From the NCBI GenBank assembly GCA_007128315.1, contig SKXQ01000020.1, forward strand, positions 1,421 to 65,420: 64,000 nucleotides of DNA. The letters are read 5' to 3'. A program made the position numbers and the translations under genes. Positions 9,749 through 19,086 of this stretch are shown here, one piece after another. The notes beneath the pieces were generated by a model. That model had not been told where the DNA came from and made no database searches. It was given only the letters and a program-made list of their open reading frames with translations. The DNA is from Spirochaetaceae bacterium. GTDB lineage: Bacteria > Spirochaetota > Spirochaetia > DSM-27196 > SKKC01. Each line of letters opens with the position of its first letter. Position 1 is the stretch's first letter.

Positions 9749-10782
9749 CGGAGTCCCTCATCATCTCTAATGATCGCGCGACCTGGACATCCGGAAACGT
9801 GGGGAAGAACCAGAATCGTTTCATTTCCGGCCCCGAGCGCTTTTCGAAAGCGCCTTGAGCAGCCAGTATCTGAAGCTGGATCCGGGTGCACTGTTTCTAC
9901 TCGGGCAGGGACACCGACCAGCTCTCCGAGCTCCTCACCGTGACGCCGGATCTCGTGCAGAACGCCAAAGCCGTCTTCGCTGGCGATAGTGTCCAGGAGT
10001 TTCCTGACAAGTCGCTGGTTGCGTTCGAACAGATCCCGTGCTCTGTCCGGTTCCTTTTCCTGGAACGACTTGAACTGGTCAACGGCCCCTTTTGTTGATT
10101 GGGGTTGCTCGCCCGGCTCGATCGCCGGCTGTGGAAACCACGGCAGCAGTACGCGCTGGTAACGCGGGTACACACCGCCGCTGAACAGTCCCATCCCTCC
10201 GAAGACGCTGGTCGCGATATCATAGCCGCTTCCGACGGTGCCCTGAAGCGATCGGTGTGCTGCGGTGGCGAGGCGCTGCACAACCCTGCGGTCGCTTACC
10301 GGATCATAGCCTGCCGCTGCAAGGAGCCCGGCAACGCTCGCCACGGTAGCGGCGGCGCTTGAACCATAGCCGAGCTTGCGACCATCGCGCGTGAAGAGCG
10401 AGCGCGTATCGACAGATATCTCTACCGGAGCGAATGAGCGCTCGCGGACGCGCCGACACACGTCGACGATACGCTCGGCGAGTTTCTGTTCTTCAGGTGA
10501 GAACGCGTCTCGTACGAAGGACTCATCCGTGAGGATCTTCAGGGTATGTTCGAACACGCCGACGCGATGATTACTCGCGGCTTCGACCGAGGCGTCCGGA
10601 CTCCAGTGAGTCGTGTACGCACCCATTCGTGCGACCAGACGAAACTCATTACAGTCGGCAATGCGGGCAAGGACCGGGGGGCCGACCGCCATGGAAACGC
10701 CAAGCCCGCCTTCGGCGAGTACCGCATACTCCCCCGCGATGAGCAGATTACCGGGAATGTGAAGCTGTCCACGCAATCTCAC
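9739..10782 (-). CDS. Phosphomevalonate kinase
   Basis: GHMP kinase: PGNLLIAGEYAVLAEG, LGYGSSAAATVASVAG. Sits between mevalonate kinase and the decarboxylase. Confidence 0.8.
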   Translation of the reverse strand: MRLRGQLHIPGNLLIAGEYAVLAEGGLGVSMAVGPPVLARIADCNEFRLVARMGAYTTHWSPDASVEAASNHRVGVFEHTLKILTDESFVRDAFSPEEQKLAERIVDVCRRVRERSFAPVEISVDTRSLFTRDGRKLGYGSSAAATVASVAGLLAAAGYDPVSDRRVVQRLATAAHRSLQGTVGSGYDIATSVFGGMGLFSGGVYPRYQRVLLPWFPQPAIEPGEQPQSTKGAVDQFKSFQEKEPDRARDLFERNQRLVRKLLDTIASEDGFGVLHEIRRHGEELGELVGVPARVETVHPDPASDTGCSRRFRKALGAGNETILVLPHVSGCPGRAIIRDDEGLRWA

Positions 10783-11774
10783 AATCCGGAATCTCCGTTG
10801 TCGCGGGTCACCACCGGGCTTCCGCCTACGCCGCTTACCAGTATGGTTTTAACACCGGCGACGGAGGCGATGCGCTCCCTCACGGCCTCTACGTCCCGTG
10901 CGGTGCTCAGTATTTTGACCTGTGGCCCGGCGTCCATGGTTTCCCAGGCGACGAGTCCTTCGCCGCGCAGCTCATCACACGCCCGTATGACCGCGACGCT
11001 CGCAGGCAGCCAGTACAGAACAGGAGGCGAGGCGGCGATGCTTGACCCGACCATGCGCAGGTAGCTTTCCCGCATGAGCGGTCCGAGGCGCTCGACGGAG
11101 CGATCGGCCAGCGCTCGTTCGGCTTTCCCGATCAGAACGCGTGCATCGGCTACCCATGCATCGTAGTAGGGGCTGCTTGAGCGTGTGCGCTCCATTCCGT
11201 CACGCGATCCGACCGTCTTCGGTCCCGTATCAGTAATGGCAACAAGAATCCGCAACTCGGGCCACCACTCGGCGCTGTACAGGGCCTCGGCAGACTCGGA
11301 TCCGGCCTGGAATCGTGTGAAGCCTCCGAATACACTCCTCGCAGCGCTGCCGCTTCCCGTGCGTGCAATGCGTGACAGTTCGGCTGCCGGCAGATTCAGG
11401 GCCCACCAAGCGTCGAGCGCTATGGTGAGTGCTGCGAACCCGCTGCTTGAGCTCGCGATGCCTGCCGCCGTCGGAAACGAGTTCCCGGACTCAACGGCAA
11501 GCGGGGTATCGGCATCGGTGCGGCCCGACGCGTGTGCTCGCTCGCGGAGTGTATCAATGACCGTTGAGAAATGATGGAGGGGTTGTTCTGTGCCGCCGAT
11601 GCTGACGCTGTCACACTCGGCGGAAGGGTCGGCAGTGACGGTCGTTTTTGTTCGCAGATCGTGAAGCCCGACTGCCAGGCTGCCGGTTGCGGGAATGTTA
11701 ATGCCCTGCGTCTCCTTGCCCCAATACTTGATCAGAGCGAGACTTGGACTTGTCTGTACCGTTACCGCTGCCAT
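10779..11774 (-). CDS. mvaD: Diphosphomevalonate decarboxylase
   Basis: SPSLALIKYWGK, AGIASSSSGFAAL and TGSGSAARSVFGGF motifs. Confidence 0.9.
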   Translation of the reverse strand: MAAVTVQTSPSLALIKYWGKETQGINIPATGSLAVGLHDLRTKTTVTADPSAECDSVSIGGTEQPLHHFSTVIDTLRERAHASGRTDADTPLAVESGNSFPTAAGIASSSSGFAALTIALDAWWALNLPAAELSRIARTGSGSAARSVFGGFTRFQAGSESAEALYSAEWWPELRILVAITDTGPKTVGSRDGMERTRSSSPYYDAWVADARVLIGKAERALADRSVERLGPLMRESYLRMVGSSIAASPPVLYWLPASVAVIRACDELRGEGLVAWETMDAGPQVKILSTARDVEAVRERIASVAGVKTILVSGVGGSPVVTRDNGDSGL

Positions 11775-11776
11775 GT

Positions 11777-13090
11777 CTATCCGCGCCGTCTGATATGGGC
11801 AAGAATATGTTCTGCAGCTTCGGAGTTGAACACTCCTTCGTCGGAGAGTCTGTCAGCAAGCTCGGCAATCTCGTCGCCGCGGGCTCCGGCTTTCCAGGCA
11901 AGACGGTTTGCATGAAGTCGCATGTGTCCGGCCTGTATGCCTTCGCTGACGAGCGCACTGAGTGCAGCGTAGTTCTGCGCAAGACCGACACAGGCCATGA
12001 TCGACGCAAGGGTCCGGGCATCTGGTCGTTCGAGAACCTGCATCGAAAAACGCGCTGCCGGATGAAACCCGGCGGCACCTCCGACCGTGCCCACTGCGAC
12101 CGGAACCCGCAGCGATCCATGCAGAGCCCCGTCGCGCACCTCGTATTCGGTCAGTGCCCTGTAGGCCCCATCGCGTACCGCGAAGGCATGGCAGGCGGCC
12201 TCGATGGCCCGGGTGTCGTTCCCGGTGGCGAGCGCTACGCTTGAGATTCCGTTCATGATGCCTTTGTTGTGCGTGACGGCCCGATGGAAATCAATGGTGG
12301 CGATGCGGTTGGCTTTGACAATGCGTTGTGCAACTTCCAGACCGGATCTGCCACCGCGGGCGCACGCATCGACCGGGATACTGAAGCGGGCGGTTGTAAC
12401 GCGGCGGTCGGCGGCGTTCGTGAGTATCGCCATGATCGCTTCGCCTCCGAGTCTCGCCTCGATGAGAGGACGAACCCTTTCAGCGCAGGTGTTCAGAATA
12501 TTCGCACCCATGGCGTCACAGGTATCAATGTGGAGCCGTGCGGCAATCGTATCGGGGTCTATGCGCTCTATGTCGAGTCCGTGGAATCCGCCGCCGCGCC
12601 GGGTCATGGCGGCCAGCGGTTCGGTCAGCTCATCTTCGACTTCCGTAATCAGACCGGTCACGTCACGGGAGTCGGGATCGATTTCTGTTTCCACGTATAC
12701 TTCAGCGGTCATAACCGTTTCGGTCGACTCTGTGGTGAATCCACCATTACGACCGATGACTGAAGCAGCGAAGGTTGCTGCCGCGATGACTGACGGCTCT
12801 TCAACCGCAAAGGGAACGTTGTAGAGGTGCCCGTTGACCTTGAATCCTGCAGCAACACCGAGAGGTACCGGAATGTATCCAACAGCCGATTCGACCATGA
12901 TGTCCGCAAGGTCGCACATTTCCGTGTCGAAGCCGGTCGCACTCAGCTCGTCTTCGCTCATGTCGAGGAAGTCACAGAGACGAATCCGACGTTCCGCCAC
13001 CGTAAGCTTTCGAAACCGCGGCCCGAGTTTCAGCCATGGAGGCTTTTCAATACCCGCACTGTTATAGGAGATGTCCGTTTTCTGCTGCAT
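11777..13090 (-). CDS. mvaA: Hydroxymethylglutaryl-CoA reductase, class II
   Basis: 437 aa. EEPSVIAAATFA, DAMGANILNT, VAVGTVGGAA. Confidence 0.9.
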   Translation of the reverse strand: MQQKTDISYNSAGIEKPPWLKLGPRFRKLTVAERRIRLCDFLDMSEDELSATGFDTEMCDLADIMVESAVGYIPVPLGVAAGFKVNGHLYNVPFAVEEPSVIAAATFAASVIGRNGGFTTESTETVMTAEVYVETEIDPDSRDVTGLITEVEDELTEPLAAMTRRGGGFHGLDIERIDPDTIAARLHIDTCDAMGANILNTCAERVRPLIEARLGGEAIMAILTNAADRRVTTARFSIPVDACARGGRSGLEVAQRIVKANRIATIDFHRAVTHNKGIMNGISSVALATGNDTRAIEAACHAFAVRDGAYRALTEYEVRDGALHGSLRVPVAVGTVGGAAGFHPAARFSMQVLERPDARTLASIMACVGLAQNYAALSALVSEGIQAGHMRLHANRLAWKAGARGDEIAELADRLSDEGVFNSEAAEHILAHIRRRG

Positions 13091-13102
13091 TCGTGTCCCC
13101 GG

Positions 13103-14209
13103 TTAATAGGTCTGTGTCTTAAGGTATTCAGAGAGGGTGGCTTCGAAAACCGGTTCGGTAAATATTCTGTCTGACTGAAGATCATCGATGGTTCGACTGC
13201 CGGTCAGGAGCATGACGTTTTTCAGGACGGATCGAAAACGTTCAATCAGTGTTATGACCGCCTCGGAACCTCCTGCGTCTACGGCTCTAATCAGGGGCAG
13301 TGCGTATCCACCGAGCCACGCACCGAGCCCGACAGCCTTCGCAAGATCCATGCCGTTCCGGAGGCCACCGGAGGCGACAACGGGGAGTGTTATCCGTTCA
13401 TCCCTGCACAGGCTCGCAAGGAGCAGCGCTGTTGGGAGACCCCATGTATCGAACTCTTTGACGACCGCCTGCTGCTCGGCGTCACCAAGCCGGTATCGTT
13501 CCACCGCCATCCAGTTTGTCCCGCCCCTGCCTGCAACGTTAATGGCCGAAACCCCGGCGTCCACCAGCCTGCGGGCATCTGCCGGTCCAATTCCGAAACC
13601 CGTTTCCTTGGCAATAACAGGCACTGGAGACGCTTCCGCGAGTCGTGCAATGGCTGCGACGACACCGCTAAAATCCCTGTCACCGTCTGCCTGCGCGAGT
13701 TCCTGGCCCGGATTCAGATGAACCGCGAGAGCCTGTACTTCAAGCTTCTTGATCCACTCGACGAGCGTGGAGTGGTTGAGTTCGCGGGTCTGCACTCCTC
13801 CGATGTTTGCGATGACCGGGACATCCGGTGCAAAGCGCTTGAGCATGAAGTGATCTGCGACCTCCGGCTTCCGGAACAGAATGCGGATGCTTCCCATCCC
13901 GACCGGTACACCGCAGGCCTGGGCGGCTTTGGCGAGCTCCTTGTTGGCCGCGTAGCCTCCGCTTGATCCACCGGTCATGGAGCTTATGAGCAGCGGCATT
14001 GATATCGGTGTGCCGAAGAAACTCGTGGATGTGTCAATCTCGTCCATCGAAACTTCGGGGATCGCGCGGTGGGCAAAGTGAATGTGGTCGAACAGGGTGG
14101 TCCCCGTCTCTACCGCGTAGGCGTCCTTCTGTATGCAGATTTCGAGATGCTTTGCCTTGCGGACTCCAAGGTCCTCGGGGGGCTGTGCCGACAGATCAGG
14201 AGTACTCAT
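13103..14209 (-). CDS. fni: Type 2 (FMN-dependent) isopentenyl-diphosphate delta-isomerase
   Basis: SSMTGGS, KETGFGI, AGRGGTNWMAVE, ASGGLRNG. ORF opens at 14269, but ATG 14209 (MSTPDLS...) avoids a 74-nt overlap with the upstream gene. Confidence 0.85.
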   Translation of the reverse strand: MSTPDLSAQPPEDLGVRKAKHLEICIQKDAYAVETGTTLFDHIHFAHRAIPEVSMDEIDTSTSFFGTPISMPLLISSMTGGSSGGYAANKELAKAAQACGVPVGMGSIRILFRKPEVADHFMLKRFAPDVPVIANIGGVQTRELNHSTLVEWIKKLEVQALAVHLNPGQELAQADGDRDFSGVVAAIARLAEASPVPVIAKETGFGIGPADARRLVDAGVSAINVAGRGGTNWMAVERYRLGDAEQQAVVKEFDTWGLPTALLLASLCRDERITLPVVASGGLRNGMDLAKAVGLGAWLGGYALPLIRAVDAGGSEAVITLIERFRSVLKNVMLLTGSRTIDDLQSDRIFTEPVFEATLSEYLKTQTY

Positions 14210-15470
14210 ATTCTCTATACCCGTCTTCCCTGACTGATGCGAGATAGTGCCGGGACTCTGGAACATCAACGTCAGCTATCATATCCGCGTACGCGTCCCG
14301 GCTATACGGACCGCCAACCCATGTCTGATACGTTTCAAGCGAAGCCGGTATTCCGCTGGCGAGTACCTCGTCGAGATCCCAGCTTTCGATTACAGCGGGT
14401 GCGTTTTCCGCTATCGTAGCCGAGTATACGATCATGGTGTTTCCTGATCCATAACTCGCAACAAGAATTTTCTTACCGACTATGTCCGGGCCGAGTTTCC
14501 GGTACCGCTCCTGCAGCGAAAACGCAAGCGCCATGTATGCGGAGCCTGAATAGATGTTGCCGATCTGTCGAGCCGGTGCGATTCCGTCATAGAAACCCCG
14601 GGCCTGCAGAAAAGGTTCAGCGTCTGCATCACCGCCGGGCAGATGCTTGCCCAGAAGATTGTGCATCGCCGTTATACCCATGCGGTAGAAGGGAATATGG
14701 GTTACGAAAAGGTCGGTGGCGTTCAGGACATCGAGTGGATCTTCGTTGCGACGCGCGCAATGATCGGCGAATGCGCTGTCGAGGGCTTCGTGATAACACT
14801 GAACGGAGTACCCGCCTTTCACTTTTGCCGTCGTCGAACCGAGCGGTCGGAAGAAATCATCGACATCCCTCGAGCAGTACCCGGCGGTTCCGACGTCCAC
14901 ACTCATGAGCGACGGGTTTCGTGACACCTTCAAGGCTACTGCACCCGCACCCTGAGTGATTTCTGCAGTGCTTGGTACGTCGTATCGGGCGATATCCGAG
15001 CAGATGACCAATCCCGAATCGGTTTCGCGCGCGGACATGGACAGCATTGCGGCTACGCCGAGTATCGATACCGTCCCTCCGGCACAGGCGTGCTGCACCT
15101 GAAAGGTTGAGAGTGAGTCGGGAACAGCGACACCTGCGCGTTGCAGCATTCCTTCGACGTATGCAGCGACGGGCTTGGAATGATCGACTCCGGTCTCGGT
15201 CCCGACCGCTATGTAACGAAGGGACGCCAGATCGTCCCCGTAGCTGCGCTCGACGAGCCGATGCGCTGCTTCGGCAGCAAGTGTGGTGTTGTCCTGCCAG
15301 AGCTCCGGAAAACGCATTGCTTCCTGTCCGGTGGTTTCGACGGCCCTCTTCAGTCGGCGTTCCAGAGACGGGTTCTCGCGTATGCGCATGTTGAGAAGGG
15401 TCTGCAAAGTAATGTATGGTGAGGGGATATATAATGCGATATCGCTGATTCCAACCGGATGGTCTGGCAT
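14196..15470 (-). CDS. mvaS: Hydroxymethylglutaryl-CoA synthase
   Basis: 424 aa. Active-site Cys context QHACAGGT, GAGAVAL, DFFRP, THIPF, GNIYSGSAY, SYGSG. Confidence 0.85.
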   Translation of the reverse strand: MPDHPVGISDIALYIPSPYITLQTLLNMRIRENPSLERRLKRAVETTGQEAMRFPELWQDNTTLAAEAAHRLVERSYGDDLASLRYIAVGTETGVDHSKPVAAYVEGMLQRAGVAVPDSLSTFQVQHACAGGTVSILGVAAMLSMSARETDSGLVICSDIARYDVPSTAEITQGAGAVALKVSRNPSLMSVDVGTAGYCSRDVDDFFRPLGSTTAKVKGGYSVQCYHEALDSAFADHCARRNEDPLDVLNATDLFVTHIPFYRMGITAMHNLLGKHLPGGDADAEPFLQARGFYDGIAPARQIGNIYSGSAYMALAFSLQERYRKLGPDIVGKKILVASYGSGNTMIVYSATIAENAPAVIESWDLDEVLASGIPASLETYQTWVGGPYSRDAYADMIADVDVPESRHYLASVREDGYREYEYS

Positions 15471-15573
15471 GAGTCGGCAGCTCCTTGGATTACGTGTGAG
15501 AACAGTACCACGACCACATTTCTGTAGCCTTTCGTAAGGATAACACTTCGATTAGCAAAGGGGCAATTTCACG

Positions 15574-16698
15574 GTGAACGGTTATTCAGGTATCTCTCGA
15601 ACAATATTGCAGGATCCTGTCCATGTCCTGATTTCGGGTGGTGTAGATAGTTCAGTTGCGCTTGCTCGACTCAGAGAGGCAGGACACACGAATCTCACGG
15701 CCTATTATCTCAAAATCTGGCTGGAAGATGACCTCAGCGGTCTCGGCGAGTGCCCGTGGGAAGAAGATCTTGCGTTCGCGCGGTCAGTGTGCTCGTCATT
15801 GCACGTGCCGCTTGAGGTTGTCCCCCTGCAGCTTGAGTACTATGACCGGGTTGTCGAGTATACCCTCTCCGAGCTCAGAAAGGGGCATACGCCGAGCCCC
15901 GATATTTTCTGCAACCAGCGGATCAAGTTTGGAGCGTTTCTTGAGAATCTTGACAAGCCGGGATGGATCGCGAGCGGGCACTATGCACGCATCGTCCGGC
16001 ATTCACACGACGTACAGCTGCATCGCGCACCCGATCCGGTCAAGGATCAGACGTACTTTCTGAGCCATCTTTCGCAGCAACAGCTCAGCCGGCTCACGTT
16101 TCCGGTTGGAGATCTCCCCAAAGGAGAGGTCCGCAGGCTCGCGGCACGATACCGCCTCGCGAATATGGATCGTCCGGACAGTCAGGGCATCTGTTTCCTT
16201 GGAAAGATTCGATATCCGGAGTTTGTCCGACACTATCTCGGTGAGTCATCGGGCGATATTGTCGAACGCGAGACAGGAGCCGTACTCGGAACGCATAAGG
16301 GATACTGGTTCCATACCATAGGCCAGCGGCAGGGACTCGGGCTCGGTAATGGCCCGTGGTACGTGACCGGGAAGGACGCAGAGCAGAACGTGATCTATGT
16401 TTCGCATCAGAGTACGGTGGCCGAGGCCGCCCGCCAGAGGCTATACTTGAATGAGTTTAACTGGATCGGGACCGTCGCCCCTTCCGGACGGTATGGGGTG
16501 AAGCTGAGGCACGGGCCTCATATCGAACCCTGTTCGGTACAGGTGTGTGACGCCGAAGCCCGAACGCTTCGCCTGGATCTCGATCACGCGGACCGGGGGG
16601 CTGCTCCCGGTCAGTTTGGCATACTCTACGACGGAGAACGTTGCCTCGGGGGCGGTATGATTACCGACGCAAAGGATGATTCAGCATGCGTGTCCTGA
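15574..16698 (+). CDS. mnmA: tRNA 2-thiouridine(34) synthase MnmA
   Basis: PP-loop SGGVDSSVA, CNQRIKFG, DQTYFL, DSQGICF. GTG start. Confidence 0.9.
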   Translation: MNGYSGISRTILQDPVHVLISGGVDSSVALARLREAGHTNLTAYYLKIWLEDDLSGLGECPWEEDLAFARSVCSSLHVPLEVVPLQLEYYDRVVEYTLSELRKGHTPSPDIFCNQRIKFGAFLENLDKPGWIASGHYARIVRHSHDVQLHRAPDPVKDQTYFLSHLSQQQLSRLTFPVGDLPKGEVRRLAARYRLANMDRPDSQGICFLGKIRYPEFVRHYLGESSGDIVERETGAVLGTHKGYWFHTIGQRQGLGLGNGPWYVTGKDAEQNVIYVSHQSTVAEAARQRLYLNEFNWIGTVAPSGRYGVKLRHGPHIEPCSVQVCDAEARTLRLDLDHADRGAAPGQFGILYDGERCLGGGMITDAKDDSACVS

Positions 16699-17360
16699 TC
16701 GTCGAAGACGACGAAAAAATCGCCTCGTTTGTGCAGAAGGGTCTGTCGCAATCGGGGTACGCGGTAGACGTCGTTCGCACTGGCGAAGACGGCTATTCGT
16801 TTCTGCGCCAGACGGACTACGACGCCGCGGTGGTCGACATCATGCTTCCAGGCATGGATGGTCTGACCATGGTCCAGCGTATACGTGACGAAGGCGTACA
16901 GACTCCTATCATCATACTCAGTGCGAAACGGTCGGTTGAGGATCGCGTGAAGGGTATACAGACGGGCAGTGACGACTACATGACCAAGCCTTTTTCCTTT
17001 GCCGAACTTCTGGCGCGTTTACAGGCCTTGATCCGTCGCGCCGGGATGGGTACGGGGTCTACGAAACTGCAGGTTGGTGATCTGACACTCGATCTGCTGA
17101 AACACGAGGCGCGACGCGGAGAAACGGTTATCGAACTGCAGCCGCGGGAGTTCTCGCTGCTTGAATATATGATGCGTAACGCCTCGACGGTGCTCTCCAA
17201 GACCATGATCATGGAACACGTCTGGAATTACGACTTTGATCCCCAGACGAACGTTGTTGACGTGCTGGTCTGGCGTCTGCGAAAGAAGATAGATGAAGGA
17301 TATGAACCGAAGATGGTCCACACCGTTCGAGGTGTTGGGTACGTCCTTAAGGACAGCTAA
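16686..17360 (+). CDS. OmpR-family response regulator
   Basis: MRVLIVEDDEKI receiver, DIMLPGMDG, C-terminal winged helix (VHTVRGVGYVL). Overlaps the mnmA stop by 13 nt. Confidence 0.9.
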   Translation: MRVLIVEDDEKIASFVQKGLSQSGYAVDVVRTGEDGYSFLRQTDYDAAVVDIMLPGMDGLTMVQRIRDEGVQTPIIILSAKRSVEDRVKGIQTGSDDYMTKPFSFAELLARLQALIRRAGMGTGSTKLQVGDLTLDLLKHEARRGETVIELQPREFSLLEYMMRNASTVLSKTMIMEHVWNYDFDPQTNVVDVLVWRLRKKIDEGYEPKMVHTVRGVGYVLKDS

Positions 17361-18771
17361 GCGCTTCCTGTCGCTTACATATGTACGACTCACACTTCTC
17401 TTTTCCTCGCTGTTCCTCGTCGGTGCCGTGGCGTTCTTCGGAATCAGTCTGTTCAGCCTCTATAACTCACTGCAACAGGACGACATCAGGGAACTTCAGA
17501 ACCGGCTTCTCCAGTATTGGGCACGATATCAGGCCGGTGGTATCGACGCGCTGCGAAACGAAATCGACGCACGCAATATTCTGATTGGAGAACGACCGTT
17601 TTTCGTGCGCATCGCTTCGGCCACAAACGAGACCCAGTTCTTCAGTGTTCCCGCACTCTGGCAGCAGGGGTTTCCACTGCAAATCCTTGAAGATGGCGAT
17701 ATTTCCGACTGGGACGGCGTGAAGGTCCTGAGCTCGGATCTCCTGCCCTATCGCCTTGAGCTCGCGGGCATCCGGCTGAGCAACCGCTATTTTCTCCAGG
17801 TCGGTCTCAGTACCGAGGGGCGCGATCAGCTCCTGGAACTATTCCGGCGAAACTTCATGATCATCTCTTCGGCGGTCGTTCTCATGAGTCTTGCGCTTGG
17901 CCTGCTTCTCGCCTACAGGGTACTGCGTCCAGTCAGGGACTTGAGTACGACGGTACATAATATTCTGGAGACAGGCAGATTCGATGCGCGCATACCTCAC
18001 GACGACGGCCCATTGAGTTCACAGGGTGACCTGCGCGAACTGATTGTGTATTTCAACGAAATGCTCACTCGAATCGAGCGGCTGATCGGTGGCATGCACG
18101 ATGCCCTGGATGCGGTCGCTCACGATCTGCGCACACCGCTGACGCGGCTCCGTGGAAGCGCCGAACTGGCACTCAAGAGCGAGGTAAGTGAAGACGCGTA
18201 CCGTGAGGCCCTGTCGGACACAATTGAAGAAGCGGACACCATGATGCGGCTCCTGAACACCCTCATGGATATTTCCGAAGCCCAGTCGGGGGCTTTATCG
18301 CTGCGCATGGAGCGGGTCGATGCCTCGGAAGTGCTCAGGGACAGCGCTGAGGTGTATGAGTACGTAGCCGACGCGAAAGGTGTCACAATTGAAGTCGGGG
18401 ATTACCGCGGGATCAGCCTGTATGCTGATCCGGTACGGCTGAGGCAGGTGCTGGCAAATCTGCTTGACAACGCCGTGAAGTACTCACCGCCCGGAGGGCG
18501 CGTCGTGGTGAGCTGCCTGTCGGTCGCCAGGGGGGTCATGTTTCGTGTCCGCGACGACGGGCCTGGTATTTCAGCCGAGGATATGCCCCGGATCTGGAAT
18601 CGTCTGTATCGTGGTGCGGAGTCGCGAAACAAGCCCGGACTCGGACTTGGTTTAAGTCTCGTCAAGGCGATTGTCGAGGCGCACCGGGGTGAGGTCGAGC
18701 TTCGCAGTGACCCTCACACAGGTACCGAGGTTCGCATTATTCTTCCCGCCGTACCTCCTTCGGACCCCTGA
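17293..18771 (+). CDS. Sensor histidine kinase (two TM, HAMP, HisKA, HATPase_c)
   Basis: H-box AHDLRTPLT, N-box LLDNAVKYSP, GLGLGLSLV. True start uncertain; GTG 17332 or TTG 17335 would reduce the overlap with the regulator gene. Confidence 0.85.
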   Translation: MKDMNRRWSTPFEVLGTSLRTAKRFLSLTYVRLTLLFSSLFLVGAVAFFGISLFSLYNSLQQDDIRELQNRLLQYWARYQAGGIDALRNEIDARNILIGERPFFVRIASATNETQFFSVPALWQQGFPLQILEDGDISDWDGVKVLSSDLLPYRLELAGIRLSNRYFLQVGLSTEGRDQLLELFRRNFMIISSAVVLMSLALGLLLAYRVLRPVRDLSTTVHNILETGRFDARIPHDDGPLSSQGDLRELIVYFNEMLTRIERLIGGMHDALDAVAHDLRTPLTRLRGSAELALKSEVSEDAYREALSDTIEEADTMMRLLNTLMDISEAQSGALSLRMERVDASEVLRDSAEVYEYVADAKGVTIEVGDYRGISLYADPVRLRQVLANLLDNAVKYSPPGGRVVVSCLSVARGVMFRVRDDGPGISAEDMPRIWNRLYRGAESRNKPGLGLGLSLVKAIVEAHRGEVELRSDPHTGTEVRIILPAVPPSDP

Positions 18772-18786
18772 CCGACCTCGAACGGT

Positions 18787-18802
18787 ATTACACATATGTA
18801 AT
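18787..18802. promoter_or_regulatory. Perfect inverted repeat ATTACA-N4-TGTAAT, 16 nt after the kinase stop
   Basis: Read directly: attaca cata tgtaat. Function unknown; could be an operator or part of a promoter for the downstream untranslated segment. Confidence 0.3.
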
Positions 18803-18987
18803 CTGCCGGAAACGCGGGTGAAATGCGTACAGGCTACATTCAGTAACAGATTGTTGGAGACAGCAATCGAAGACGGAGCGGTCATCAGAGTGCAGTTCTG
18901 ATGCCATCGTTTCGGACACTATCTACCCCCCAACGCGGGTCGACTGAACACAGCGTCCCCCAACCACACCTATTAGGTCGTCCGCGG

Positions 18988-19017
18988 CCCCCCGGCTACA
19001 GAGTCGGGGGGTTTTTT
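18988..19017 (+). terminator. Rho-independent terminator (plus strand)
   Basis: 9-bp GC-rich stem ccccccggc / gtcgggggg (one G-U pair), 6-nt loop, followed by TTTTTT at 19012-19017. Confidence 0.8.
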
Positions 19018-19086
19018 CGTTCTGAAGCGGGTGCAGGACTTGCGTAGCCTGTCCCCGGTCCGTTGCAAGGACTTTCTGAAATATCA

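Noticed and set aside
18811-18940. 9-nt direct repeat AACGCGGGT (18811 and 18932) considered as a repeat element
   Set aside because: There are only two copies of a short GC-rich word, which could be chance. It is kept only as a supporting detail of the possible structured RNA, not as a feature.
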